Origin: Harriotta raleighana
Lineage: Eukaryota
DNA: 64,000 nt
Direction of reading: 5' to 3'
NCBI GenBank assembly: GCA_050575255.1
Contig: JBNZDD010013692.1
Coordinates: 3,783,379-3,847,378 of the forward strand
This document shows, piece after piece, positions 25,050 to 37,554 of this stretch; the stretch's first letter is position 1; the number at the start of each line of letters is the position of its first letter. The translations under genes were made by a program, and so were the position numbers. The notes below the pieces were generated by a model that searched no databases, was not told the origin of the DNA, and saw nothing but the letters and a program-made list of their open reading frames with translations.

Positions 25050-25890
25050 AATACAAATTTACATTCACAACACCTTTCGTGTCAGAAAGACATCCAAAAG
25101 CACTGGAGAGTCTCAGGTTTGGGCGGTGAGGGAGAGAGATGGCCAAAAGAATATTTAAAAGAGAAAGGTCTTGAGGTGGACTTTGAAAGAGGCGAAGAAA
25201 GAGGTGAGTTAAAGGGACTGAGGTTTGGAGTTCCAAAGAGAGAGGGTAGGGAAAGGGAGGGATTTGGAGTGACCAATGGGACTGTTGAAGAGGAGGGTCT
25301 TGAGGCGGGACTTGAAGGAGGCCAGGGAGCGGGCGAGGTGGAAGGATTGCGGGATGGAGTTCTGGAGGTTTGGGGACAGAGTGGCTGAAGCATCCAATGG
25401 TGGGGCGGGTAGGTTGGGGAACATGGAGCATGTCGGAGCCTGCTGAGCGGAGGGGCAGGCAGGTTAGTAGGGGGTTAGCCAATCAGAAGAACCTCTGTTT
25501 TGTTGACATTCAACTGTAGAAAGTTAGCTCTCATCCAGGACTTGATGTCCGATCTTCAGTCTGTCAGGACAGTAGTCGTCATGGAGTCGAGGATAGAGGG
25601 AGAAAGACAGAGGAGTTGGGTGTCATGTCTCCATACTATGGACGGAAGTCAGATTGCAGGGGTTCGAAAAGGAAACCTGAGAAGCAATGACTGATTCCAG
25701 GATCTTGGAGAGGAATGGGAGGTTGGAGATGGGGCAGTAGCTAGAGAGTAGGGATGGGTCCAGTGAAGGTTTTTTCAAGTTAGGGGTGATGACAGCAGTT
25801 TTTATAGGGTTTGAGGATGATGCAGAGATAGAGTGGGGCAAGACCATGGAGGAATTTAAACATTAGGATCGTGAGGATATTGAACTTTAA
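25050..25890 (-). mobile_element. Mosaic of degenerate L2 fragments
   Basis: 3' tail at 25055, two successive ORF2 C-terminal segments, an RT YADD-like region (25480-25640) and pre-RT KTAVITPNLKKPSLDPSLLSSYCPISNLPFLSKILE (25680-25810). Confidence 0.85.
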
Positions 25891-26223
25891 TACATTCCAC
25901 TTGCGAGACTATTGTAGAGCGTTAATGCAAGTGGAATTAATAACGAATTAGCCACAAATTGGATAGTAAATGACTTAACAGTAAGCAGAAGGTGATGATA
26001 ATGATATACGTACATGGGGATAATAATGGTATCATCAAGGTCAGGGCAAACAATTTATGGCAGTATTTCAGAAACAGCAAGCAGCCATTTTGAACCCGGG
26101 GAGAAAACAGGAACATCAAACTAGCACGTTGCTGTTTTCCGAAAAGAGGGAGGTTGCGAGAGAGGAATGGTTATTAGCCAGAGATTTGCTTTCCTTTAGT
26201 GACCTCTGTTGGAAAGCTTGCTT

Positions 26224-26655
26224 AATAATAATAATAATATTAATACTTGCATTTCATTTGGTGCCATATAATCTCATCAAAATATCTCAAAGTACTTCAC
26301 ATGATTAACTAAGGTGTAATGACTGCTTATTTTTAGGTGACATAGCAGACAATATGTTCACAGCAATGAAGCACAAACATTGCACAAATAGCTAGGATGT
26401 GAATGATGAATTTTATTTGGAGAATCAATGGCCAGGACACTGGGAGAAACTCCCTTCTCTTTTCAAATAGTGCCATGGTATCTTTAATGTCCGCCTGAAC
26501 AAGAAGATGGGATCTCATTTAAACATCTCAGCTGAAGGTCAGAACCTCCAACCAGCAATGCACTGGAGTATCAGCCTAGGCCTGGAGCTCAAAAGCTTCA
26601 ACCCACAACTTTCTAGCTCAGAGGCGAGAGTGCAACCAACTGAACCAGGCTGACT
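26224..26655 (-). mobile_element. DeuSINE family B, near full length
   Basis: tggccaggacactgggagaaactccc...ttcaaatagtgccatgg...ctcagaggcgagagtgcaaccaactgaaccaggctgac. Confidence 0.8.
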
Positions 26656-28484
26656 GCCTATGCAAAGAAATCAGGTGCAAGTCCAGCTAACATTCGATCC
26701 TGAAGAAATGCTGCTTGGGCTGCTGCTGCTTGTAAAAGTTTATCCCAGCCACCTTCGAGAAAGAAGTGGTAAAAGAGGGATAATGCACAAAATAGGTTTA
26801 AACCCAGAAGTGAAATTATTGAATGAATTATTTCCAATGGAAAATTTTTAATGGAGAATTTCTAAGCAACAATTCATAACTTTGATACACAATATATGTT
26901 GTGACAAATATATTCGTAACAACATATTGTAATTATATTCTCTTTACCCCCATACAATCCCTCTGCACACAGGAGCAGCTGTCTGCACGGAATGGAAGTC
27001 CTAAAGGGTGACTTAACTTTCTGTTCACAATCAATGGTGCATTTAGGAAGATATTTCAATGACACTTCTCTTTTTTGTCTTTGTGTTTAGTCACAGTGCT
27101 AAACACTCATACTGACTTCCTGACTCAATGATGAAAGTCATGCTATTTGGGGCCTGAGATGATCCCGTGAAATTAATATTGAATCCTTATTGAGGGAATT
27201 TTTAAATTGTCGCGCAGTCACATCACTGAATTTTTGCGGAATGCTGTTTCAAAGAGCATGTTTGGAGTTCATTGTAGACATGCTCAATGAAGCGCTAGTT
27301 AAAATTCAGTTTTGCATGCCCATAAATAGAATATTGTCTCTTTCAGTCAATAAACAAGAATTTGTCTTGTTTGCTTCACACAAATCACTCCACCAGTTTC
27401 TTTTTATTGAAATCATAACTCAGCCAAGAAAACAGTATTAAGTTATCCTGATCCAAATCTCAGAAAGTTGGGAGCTTTTTTCGTCGATGCTTCCATCGTT
27501 TCTGAGTTTCACAATCAAAACGTTCAGATTTGATTGCACTGGTCACAGATCCATTATGTAATATTATCACAAGGAATGAAAGGTGTCAAGTAGGTTCAGT
27601 TCATCTCTAGATCACCATGTGACCAATTCATAATTTCTTGTTCTGTATAATTCGAGATTCTGGCATAGAGCAAGCCAGTTCGCACAACGAATAAGTGTCA
27701 CCAAAGTGTAATACATCCCTGTAATGTTATACAGCGATTAAGGATTATAGTTGGATCAGGGATTAATGCTGGGCCAATGTACCAGAAGTTTCCATTTGCA
27801 CTAGATACACAATTAATGAACAACGTGGAACTTGTAAACCGGATAGTACAAATTTCAACTTGCAGCTAACATTGGGAGAGAAAATGCTTGCAATTCCAAA
27901 TGTGGCAAAGGCATGAATTTTTTTTTGAGAACGTCAGAAAGAATCAAAACGTAGGATTTTTAAAATTTATGTTGCATTTTTCAAGTAACTTTGGCATTCA
28001 ATTTGATAATGAGTTCCACACATTTCAGTAATTAGTACAGCAGCTTCACTTTGCGAAGGCTGCATTTTCAGCCCCAGAGTGACAAACATCATTGGGTATG
28101 GTCTTTACAAAGTGCGAGACCTTTGGTCATGTCTAAAAACTATTTCCACAAAACAACCTACGAATCCTCTAGATTTAAAACGCCTTCATATCCTGAGATA
28201 AGGGCTTTCCTATAATATTCATGGTGACTTGTTTCTCTGATCTAGTGGAAATTGTAAAAGCACTGATGTGAAACCAGATTCTGATTCTTCAAAAAAAAAA
28301 CTAATGTATAAGGTTGGTCTGGTACTCACAGCATCATTGCTACCCAGTGCATCCAATCATTTAACTCTATCAGAACTGCACTCTTCACATTTCTGGTCAG
28401 TTACGGCTGCAAGGTGCATTTTTACCATCAAACAGAATTACTAAATAATACTAACGCTTCGACATAGCATCTATTGCATCAAGA

Positions 28485-28748
28485 ATACTCGCTTTACAAG
28501 TGAGAGACCTGGGTTCCATTCCAGGGCAAAGCCTTGGGCAAGTTTCCTTGCTTCACACATCTGATAATAATCCCTCAAAAAAAAATTAATAACTTGGTCA
28601 TTTCAATCCACGACTGTTTGTGGGACACTGCTGTGTGCAATTGGCTGTTAAGTTTCGCCCACAATTCACTTTGCTGTATATTCTGTAAGCGCTTTGAGAA
28701 GTCTAGAAGATGTGAAAAGCACTATACTGTATATTCAAAAAATGCAAA
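28485..28748 (+). mobile_element. SINE family A
   Basis: ctcgctttacaagtgagagacctgggttcc...ttgggcaagtttcc...gaagatgtgaaaagcactata. Confidence 0.85.
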
Positions 28749-28794
28749 AGGAACAGGTTTCAAAGCATTTCACTGGATTTCATGTGAACTGTAG

Positions 28795-29095
28795 TAATAT
28801 ATATTGTGTAGGTGAATGCGGCAACCAATTTGCACATAACCAACAACTGTAAAGTGAATGACCCATTGAATCTGAAGTGATTGGGCCAGAATACTAGAAG
28901 AAACTCTGTTCTCTTTTCGAATTCCATCCACCTGAACAGGCAGACCTGTTAAAGATACCTCCAACATGGCAGCATCTCTCAGCAGGCTATGGGAGTGTCA
29001 GGCCATGCTATGTGAGTTCAACGTCCTGACATGGGTTTGAACCCATAACCTCTCCCTCAAAAGCAAGATTGCTACCAACTCAGCTTAGCTGACAC
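28795..29095 (-). mobile_element. DeuSINE family B, degenerate
   Basis: gcggcaaccaatttgcaca...cacctgaacaggcagac...gctaccaactcagcttagctgacac. Confidence 0.7.
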
Positions 29096-29285
29096 ATAAA
29101 CAAACAAGACAATGAAATTTCTACACATCAAACAATTAATTTTACAACAAAAGATGTCTTTTAAAATAACATTCCATTGAATAAATGAAGAAGGGATTTG
29201 GGCAAATGGTGAATATCAACAGAAACCGGTTTCGAAACAAGTAGACTAATTAATGTACTGAGTCATAACTATCAAATATAAGATA

Positions 29286-29925
29286 CACAACAACAACATG
29301 CATTTGTATACAGCCCTCCCCATCAGACGGCGTCTCAGAGTGCTTCACAATAGCAGAGCCCGGGGCCGAGCCGGGGGGAGGAAGAAGGTGCCTGTAGGTG
29401 CGGTCGAACAGAAAGGTCTTCAGGCGCAACCTGAAGATTGAAAAGGAGTGGGTGAGCCAAAGGGATTGAGGGAGGGAGTTCCAGAGTTTTGGGGCTTAGT
29501 GGTTGAAAGCATGGCAGACGATGGTGGAGCGGAGGATTCAGGGGCAAGGAGGAGGACAGACACAATAGGGCGGAGGCAGCAGGTACTGCTGTGAGGGGAG
29601 AGGAGGGTAGTGAGTTAGGGGATGGAGAGGAGTAGAGGGATTTAAATCCAAGAGTGAGGATCCTGAAGTTGATCCTCTCTGTGACAGGGAGCCAGGGAAG
29701 TTTGGCAAAGACTGGGGTAATCAGGGAGCGAAGTTTGGTTTGGGTAAGCATGCGGGCGGCGGAATTCTGTATCAGCTGTAGTTTGTGAATAGTGGCGGAT
29801 GGGAGACAGGCGAGGAGAGCGTTGGAGAGTCCAGCCAAAGATGACAAAGGCATGGACCAGGGTTTCGGCAGCTTTTGGGGTGAGATATTGACGGAGACGG
29901 GCCCGTCTCCACCACACATCATTTA
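29286..29925 (-). mobile_element. L2-clade LINE 3' fragment (divergent subfamily)
   Basis: RARLRQYLTPKAAETLVHAFV and NALLACLPSATIHKLQLIQNSAARMLTQTK...ITPVFAKLPWLPVTERINFRIL; caacaac tail at 29288. Confidence 0.9.
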
Positions 29926-30600
29926 ACACTCCCCTGTGATTTGAGCAATTCAGAAAATGCTACAAATCATGTGGACCATGGAATTTAATATAATTTTGTT
30001 ATTTTATTCCACTTTGACTAACTAGAGGGCACATGTCCTGCTGGATTAGCAGTAATATTGAAATTGAGCTGCCTCAGTTTATTAACAAGCGGTCATCCAG
30101 ACCACGTGTGAACATCTGCAACAAAGAAAATTATTTTACAATTAAATTCCCAAACAATCTAATTGCAAGCACTCCATTTAACTTGAGATTCCATTTTGAT
30201 CAAAAATGTGAGTTATAAATATCGGTTGAAATCTCCTGGAACCTTGTGCAATCCTCTTCTTAATGCTCCAGATAAATCACAAGAGCGAACCCTTAAACTG
30301 TGATCTAATCCCCTGTCTAGATAAGTTAGATCTACTGCCAAACGGAAAAGCTTATCTGTCACCGTTCTGCGCAGAGCAACATAAAAGTAAACTGCATGGA
30401 AGCCACACCATCAGCCACAAATGGCTGAATACAATTTCATTTTATTACAGCTGAGACTATGTGTATTGCATTTTGTATCATACTGCACTGTGTCAAGGTT
30501 ATCTTTTCCTGGACAAAGGGAGATCAGCAGCCAGAAGGATAATGTAGCTCCTAATATTAAAGTTATGCAAAAAGACAATACAGTATATATGTATATAATA

Positions 30601-30795
30601 TATAATAATCCTTGCATTTGATACAGAACCTTATAATGTCGTCAAGACATCTCAAAATACAGTACTTCACAGAATACACTGTAAAGTGAATTGATTATAT
30701 TTTGTGGGCAAAATGCAGGAACCAAGGTTTTGTCCAGCCCAGGAATCAAGCCTAGCGAGGGTAGTGGTCTAACCACTATGCTGCATGACTCCACT
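30601..30795 (-). mobile_element. SINE family A, internally deleted
   Basis: Tail aataatccttgcatttgatac joined to head ctaaccactatgctgcatgactccac. Confidence 0.75.
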
Positions 30796-31356
30796 GGAAT
30801 AGGACCATTATTAAGTTTGATTGCAGTACAATAAGGTGATTTTATTTCTAAATAATCAGCAAATTGCTCAATTCGCCTTCAATTCAATTCAATTTAATTC
30901 GTACTCAAACAAGTGTGCATTTGTCACCCACAGCACACGTCACTTCAATAAATCTTACATGTGAAAAAAACCTAGAAGCAAAACAAAAAATGCGTGCGTG
31001 TTAAGCAGCTGCACAAGTTGCCTCATCGTGACTGAACCAGGCACTGAGATGAGATAAACAAAAGCAGACACCCCGAGGCACCACAACGCAAATTCATTTG
31101 AAATCGCCTCAAAAGAGCTCCCGCTTTTAATGTGCTATTCATAATCCATTGAAGTTGCGATTTTGGAATGAACTTTTATAGCTCTATAATGGAAGTGAAT
31201 AGAGATTTTCTGAAAGATACACAGAGTAACACAAAGCAACATTCGGAGTTCCAGAGATATAACTCTTTACAGCAGTAAGGATGGTCAGGAAGGTGGGAGG
31301 CAAACTAGATGGACCTTGTTCTTATTTTTGTCCAGCATTTCTTATGTTCTTATGTA

Positions 31357-31833
31357 CAGTAAAAGCCCGTTTATCCATGACTTCCGTATATCCGGTACAA
31401 AAAAAAATCTCCATCCAATTAACCGGAAGTTATTTGGCAGAATAGAGGTGGCGCATTTAATGAATCACTTGTCGCACGAGAGTACTATATGGGTATTTTG
31501 GCTTGCTGCTAGTAGAGCCTTATTTTGGCTTGCTGCTGTTTTTTTTCCTCCTGTGGCGGCCGCTATTGCAAAAGTTAAGTATAAATAATAAAGTACTAAT
31601 ACGATATTCTGTTATTATATTATCTGTTATTACTGTATTTAGTCTATTATTTATATAGTAGTGTCCAATATTTAAAATAAAGTACCCACACAATATTCTG
31701 TTATTATGTTATATTTAGTCTACTGTTAATTTGGTATGTGTTAAAATAAGTTAAGTTTTTTTGTGTTGGGTTTTCAACCGTTTAACCGGCATTGCCCAGG
31801 TCCCATTGGTGCCGGATAAACGGGCTTCTACTG
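31357..31833. mobile_element. Tc1/mariner-type (Tigger/pogo-like) MITE, 477 bp
   Basis: TA|CAGTAAAAGCCCGTTTATCC ... GGATAAACGGGCTTCTACTG|TA: 19/20 TIR match with TA target duplication. Confidence 0.92.
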
Positions 31834-31919
31834 TAGTAAGATCTGCCCACTTCCTTGGCATCTCAACTAACAAATCCATTGGAAAAGGATTCTTAAAGAG
31901 ATCAGGAAGGACACAGCCA

Positions 31920-32100
31920 GAGTCCTCTCACACATGAGGTTCCGTGACCATATCACCCCCCCACCATCCCAACTCCTCTGGTTTCCCATCCCACAGAGGA
32001 TACAGTTCAATATCCTGGTCCTCACCTTCAAAGCCCTCCATGCTGCCTGCTACATCTGCAACCTCCTTCAAGGCCCATCTCAGGCGCTCCTCTTCGGATG
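31920..32100 (+). mobile_element. L2 ORF2 C-terminal fragment
   Basis: RDHITPPPSQLLWFPIPQRIQFNILVLTFKALH. Confidence 0.8.
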
Positions 32101-32142
32101 CGCTTCCGCACCATCCTCCTCAACCCCGACCCCCAGCTCGGG

Positions 32143-32425
32143 TTAATAATAATAATAATATTAACAATCCTTGCATTTGATATAACGCTTTTCACGTCTT
32201 CTAGATGTCTCAAAGCGCTTCACTGAATATACTGTAAAGTTAATTGATTGTATATTTGTGGGCGAAATGTGGCAGCAAAATGCGCACAGCAGTGTCCACT
32301 TGTGGATTGAAATGACCAATTTATTTATTTTTTTTCTTTGAGGGATTATTATTTCAGACGTGTGGAATATGAAAACTTTCGCAAGGAATCGAACCCAGGT
32401 CTCTTGCTTGCGAGGCAAGTGCGAA
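32143..32425 (-). mobile_element. SINE family A
   Basis: (TAA)n tail, atccttgcatttgatataacgcttttcacgtc, head gaatcgaacccaggtctcttgcttgcgagg. Confidence 0.85.
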
Positions 32426-32529
32426 ATACTGTCTGTCCAGCACCTTGGGATGTCCTCCCGACAGGAAGGATGCTACACAAATGTAATTTTGCTGTTGTTG
32501 TGTTGAATATCCAACTAATTTAGAAGATT

Positions 32530-32770
32530 ATTGATCCTTCCTTCTCTTTTCGAATTGTGTCAAAAGATCCTTAATATCAACCTGAAGAACAGACACGCGG
32601 TACGAACATTTATACTGAAAGATATCACCTCTGACATTGCAGTGCTGTGCCAATATTCACTGAAGTGGATTGGCAGTGGTTTGGATTATAAACTCAAGTC
32701 CTTATGTGGGGCTTGAACCCCAAACCTTCTGACCTGGGGCACAAGGTCTACCAACTGGCCCAAGCTGACA
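32530..32770 (-). mobile_element. DeuSINE family B, 5' half
   Basis: gggcttgaaccccaaaccttctgacc...ctaccaactggcccaagctgaca. Confidence 0.6.
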
Positions 32771-33129
32771 GATGTTGATCTGGACTCAGTAAGGCTGTCT
32801 CAGACAATGCAATACCTTTTGCAACTAGTCTCAACAACAATAACAACTTCGATTTATATAGCGTCCTCCATGCCGGACAGTATCTCAGATGCATCGAAGT
32901 CTCAGGATTCCAAGGAAGAGGAATAAGCAACTAGGTTTCCCCATTATTCGTCAAACACCCTTTGTTCAGGCTGGACGCCTAGTGAGCACAGGAACAAGAT
33001 CAGTTTATAATTTTGCCCACTAATGACTAGCCTGCTGACCAGCAATATTCAAGCTCCCACATGCAGAATGCCCAATACTTCAGGGACTTCAGTATCTGAG
33101 GTATTGCAGTCCAGCATCTTGTGAGGAAA

Positions 33130-33335
33130 TCAACAAGAATAAAAGAACAACACGCATTTATGTAACACCCTATACATGGAGTGGCGTCATGAGCACTGAA
33201 GGGTGGCACTTCCTGATGTCGAGCAGGGAGGGATGAGGGGCACAGTCGAAGAGGAAGGTCTTCAGACGTAATCTGAAAATGGGGAAGGAGGGGGCAATGC
33301 AGAGGGATTCAGGGAGAGACTTTCAAAGTTCTAGA
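33130..33335 (-). mobile_element. Degenerate L2 3' end
   Basis: gtcgaagaggaaggtcttcagacgtaatctgaaa...gggattcagggagaga, homologous to 29400-29490. Confidence 0.65.
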
Positions 33336-33404
33336 CGAAAGGAGAAACCGTCACTTTGCTTCTAGCGTGTTGATTCCCATTGACATCAAGTCCAGAACAC
33401 CATA

Positions 33405-33590
33405 TAATAAGAATAATCCTTGCATTTGATATAGCGCTTTTCACATCTTCTAGACGTCTCAAAGAGCTTCACAGAATATACTGTAAAGTGAATTGAAGTG
33501 AAGTAGATTTGTTGGCGAAATCGGCAACCAATTGCACAGCAGTATTCCACAAACAGTCGTGGATTGAAATGACCAATTTTATTATTGTAT
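33405..33590 (-). mobile_element. SINE family A 3' half
   Basis: aataatccttgcatttgatatagcgcttttcacatcttctagacgtctcaaag. Confidence 0.85.
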
Positions 33591-34525
33591 TGGATGAAAC
33601 TCAAGGTAAAACATTAGAGTATATAAGAAATGGGATTAGGGCAGAGAACTCCAGTGAGGAACCATGCAAAGGCTTGATGGGCTGAATGTACTTTCTATGC
33701 CATAAATCTATGGTATGCTATGATTCTGAACTTCAGTTTTGTAGTGGTTTTCCTAAATATTCCTTGATTATAAAGCACTCAAGCAATCTCTTTCAACACA
33801 AGTGTAACAGGTGCCTCAATGTAATACAGTGCAGTGCTGTAGTACAGTATTTGCATCAGATATTTATCATTGAAAGTGATAGCCAGACAGTTCACAGCTC
33901 CAAAGCAGGTTTCAGTTGTCAAAATTGATGGATTGTGAAGCCTCTGAGTGTATGTAGAGTACAGGCTGGAATCTTTCTGCACTGATGAGTTCTCTTAGAT
34001 GCGAGGCAGGCACTGTGGGGGTTTATGGAGAATAGAAGTAGATGGCTTGCAAAATACTGACTAAATAGGATTTCTTTCGTGAAACGAACTACAATGAAAC
34101 ACACAGAACATGTTGGCAGAGGAGACACAGTGCACTTTTTTCAACAAAGAATCAAACTTTCATGTCTTCTTCCGATAATGACTCAAAGTTTTTTTGTTTT
34201 TTTTTAAATTTATTCCTCAACCTTTGAGCAATTACAAGTGGAAAGAGGAAGATCTTACCAGGAACAATTAGAGAGCTTTGAGATAAATAGCAGCCTCACT
34301 GAGATTTCACTCAGAGAAGGTTAAATGTTTGGGACAATTTACCAGGCAAAGTGGTGGAGGCAAAATCAAAATGAAGCTAAATTGGTGAATTAAGGTAGGA
34401 GAGAAATCTCTGTTTCTTGGGTTCACCTTCAAATGCATCTGGATGTCAGAACTGGACTAGTGTGTACAGTTCTGGGCACCACATTACCTAAAGAATTTCA
34501 GGGCCATGGAGAGAGCGCTACATAG

Positions 34526-34852
34526 ATTGTGGAGTCCTGTAGCTCAGTGGTTAGAGCACTCACCTTACAAGCGTGAGACCTGTGTTTCGAATCTAGTCAA
34601 GTCAGGGTGAAGTTGGGCAAATTTCCTTGGGCAAGTTTCCTTACTCCACATGTCTAAAAATAATCCCTCAAAAAAATAAATAAATAAGTTATTTTCAATC
34701 CATGGCTGTTTGTGGGTCACTGCTGTGCACAATTGGCTGCCGCGTTTCGCCCACAAATATACAGTCAATTCACTTCACACTATATTCTGTAAAGCACTTT
34801 GAGACATTTAGAAGATGTGAAAAGCGCTATATCAAATGCAAGGATTATTATT
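34526..34852 (+). mobile_element. Full-length SINE family A (short variant)
   Basis: Pol III A box tagctcagtggttagagc, B-box-like gtttcgaatc, CORE-like ttgggcaagtttccttactcc, Deu-like gctgtgcacaattggctgccgcgtttc, and an L2-type stem-loop tail + (TTA)n. Confidence 0.92.
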
Positions 34853-34879
34853 CAACACGGATTGCACAGAATTTTATAA

Positions 34880-35145
34880 TAATTGTAAGCATTTGAACCT
34901 TTCACATCAGGACGATGTCTCAAAGTGCGTCACAGGATTTGCTATAAAGTGTAGTGGGCTGTGCGTTTCAGCGCCTTGAGACATCCTCCCAACATGAAAT
35001 GCATTATGCAAATGTAATTTTGTTGTTGTGTAGGTGAACGTGACAGTCAGCAATGTACCACAAACAGCTAGAAAGTGAATGGCCAATTTTAGCTGGCGGG
35101 TTCTTGGCCAGGTCACCAAAAGAAACTCGTCTCCTTTTTTGAACA
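34880..35145 (-). mobile_element. DeuSINE family B 3' half carrying an inserted L2 tail (about 34962-35028, +)
   Basis: cctttcacatcaggacgatgtctcaaagtgc...cacaaacagctagaaagtgaatggccaatttt. Confidence 0.65.
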
Positions 35146-36019
35146 ACAACAGCAAAATTTACAGAACACCTTTCATGTCGGGAAGACATTGACACCACAA
35201 TTGGGCATTGACACCGGCTTGTCTATTCGCAACTGCCTTGCGACTGGTGGCTGCTGAGGTACACATCAACCATAATAGAACCGTACACAGGGACTCAATA
35301 CCACTACAGTACGATGCAGTGCTGAAGGGAGCAGTGTCGCACGACTGCTATGTGGAAAGCACATTAATTTAAATTATGAGGAACACTGAACCTAGAGGTG
35401 AATTTATCTACCTTGTGCCTTCATTTGTTATTCTCTGCTTGTCACTGGTAATTGTCTCAAAGTACTTTGTCAAAGGAGGAGGGCCTATCTGTTTAAGATC
35501 TATGGCAAAGGCTAAGACTGTCGTGACAAACTGCATGTGTCTATATACAGATGCATAATGACAATGATTTTCAGGGAGATTTACTCCATTTGACCACCTT
35601 GCCAGTGCCCTCTAACATAGTCAATATTCTCTGATATAGCCAGTGCCCTCTAACGTGCTCAATACTCTAGCATACAGCCCTCCAGTGCAATGGCAAATGT
35701 GTTTTTATGTGTTGGAATTCAGACAGGTCTTACGATAATATTGTCAATCTCTGAATAGTATTCTGTTCTTTAATGTATCAAATGAGAGAGACAGAGAGAG
35801 ATGTTCAAACCAAGGCACGTACATTGACTTGCTCTTCAAGGTATATTCATAAAGCGGGATGTGTGGGCCTCACTGACGTACACCAGTTCAGTCAGTCCTT
35901 CAGTGAGAAGATGGGTTTATGTTGATGAAAAGGCCTGTTTTGGGTTATAGTTTGTTTGGCCTGACCTGAGAGCAGCATAAAGGTGGATGGAACATATAAA
36001 ATTGTTCACCTTAATGGAC

Positions 36020-36261
36020 TTATTAAACTTACCGAACACTGGAATTTCTATTTAACCGATCATTTTACCGAGTGTGTTGGAATGCTTTATTGGTAAGTAA
36101 CCATACAATATTCTGTTATTATTTAGTCTATTATGGTATGTTTTAAAATAAGTTAATTTTTTGTGTAGAATTTTCGGCAACTTGCCGCTCGAATATCCGG
36201 GATATTTCATTAAACAGCACCGGTCAGGTCCCAAGGGTGCCGGATAACGAAGCTTTTATTG
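36020..36261. mobile_element. Degenerate MITE related to 31357-31833
   Basis: caatattctgttattatttagtctattatggtatg...caggtcccaagggtgccggataacgaagcttttattg matches the right end of the family. The left TIR is not clear. Confidence 0.7.
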
Positions 36262-37554
36262 TTCAATGTATCTCATTATAACACTGGTTTGCTGACTTTG
36301 GACTCAGGTTGGTTGTGATCATGAACAGGCCTATGTCCCACATGTTAACAAATGACCGACTTCCAGATCACTATCAATGCCATGCCCAGCGCACCGGGCG
36401 TTCCCAGTGAAAGAAGTAGCCCCGATGGCACTTCACAAAGGGAGTCATGTCATCATTGCTTCCTGCTCAACTCACAGGAAGTGACATCAACAGTGACCCG
36501 ACATCGTGGAAATTGGATATTTTTCTGTTTTTTCTGTTACTTCGTTGTAACACAGGACCCGAGAGACACTGGACTCAGACAACAAGGTTATGATGGGTTA
36601 TCTGTACTTCTTGGCATCTGCCAAAATACTGCCCTTCACATCCTGAACCTGTGCCTGCTGTTTTGTCATATTTGAAAGCATTATTCTGTGTTTACCTTCT
36701 CTAATTTATCATCTTCTATACCTCTCTAAGGTCTCTTTTGAGATGTTGCTTTTCATGGATGAAGAGCCATAGTTTATCTAGTCGTTTTGGCAGCTCATTC
36801 CTCTATCACTGAGGATTAGCCCTCTGCAATGCTTCTAGGCCCTAAATGACCTCTTACTAGTAAGTAGACAAGAGCTGCAGCTGTGGGAGGGAATGACTAG
36901 GGAGAGCACTGTGCAGCTTGAGCATGTCGCCTTGGGATCTGAACTCGACTAATTTGCCCGCTGAAGGAATCTGGCCTGCTTCACGATGCACCAAAAGTGA
37001 AGGAGAATGAGGTAGTCATGGGGAAATGAAAGGCAGAAGAAACATACTGTGATTGACATCCTGCTAGACACTAGCATTGATCACACTGTGCCAGTATCTC
37101 GACATCTGCATAGATTTGTTTTTACCTGATCCAATTTTCAGATTATCTGATTATCAAGAAATCACAAACTTGCTGTTGATCCCCAGAATTCATTAGCACC
37201 TGTAAACTGTCAAGCAGTGAACAAAACCAAGAAAATCCTGGGTTTCTCAAAATCCAAAATGGCATCATTGTTATTTTCTGCTGTTTTAATTAACAGCTTT
37301 AAAACACCAACCACAGGAGCAAATTGTACATGTAGGCAAAGCAACACTAAAGCACAATTCTGTGAGTGCAGAAAGTAATAAGGTAGGTAGAACCTAATTA
37401 TTTGTCAGAAGGGAGGGGGCTCCAATCCAGCAGACACTAGGTGAAGGCTTCAATATAGCAGATACCAAGGTGGGGATAGGCCTGAAGGTACTGATTCAAG
37501 CTAATAATTAGGTACAGTTGATTGTTAAAATTGATCCAAAAAGCTCTCCAAATG

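Noticed and set aside
34526-34605. tRNA-like sequences with A and B boxes (also 38670-38745, 41460, 53880-53955, 60217)
   Set aside because: They are SINE heads that continue into SINE body and tail, with no proper acceptor stem.
35621-35680. Short tandem repeat gccagtgccctctaac twice
   Set aside because: An ordinary ~39-bp local duplication with no further structure.
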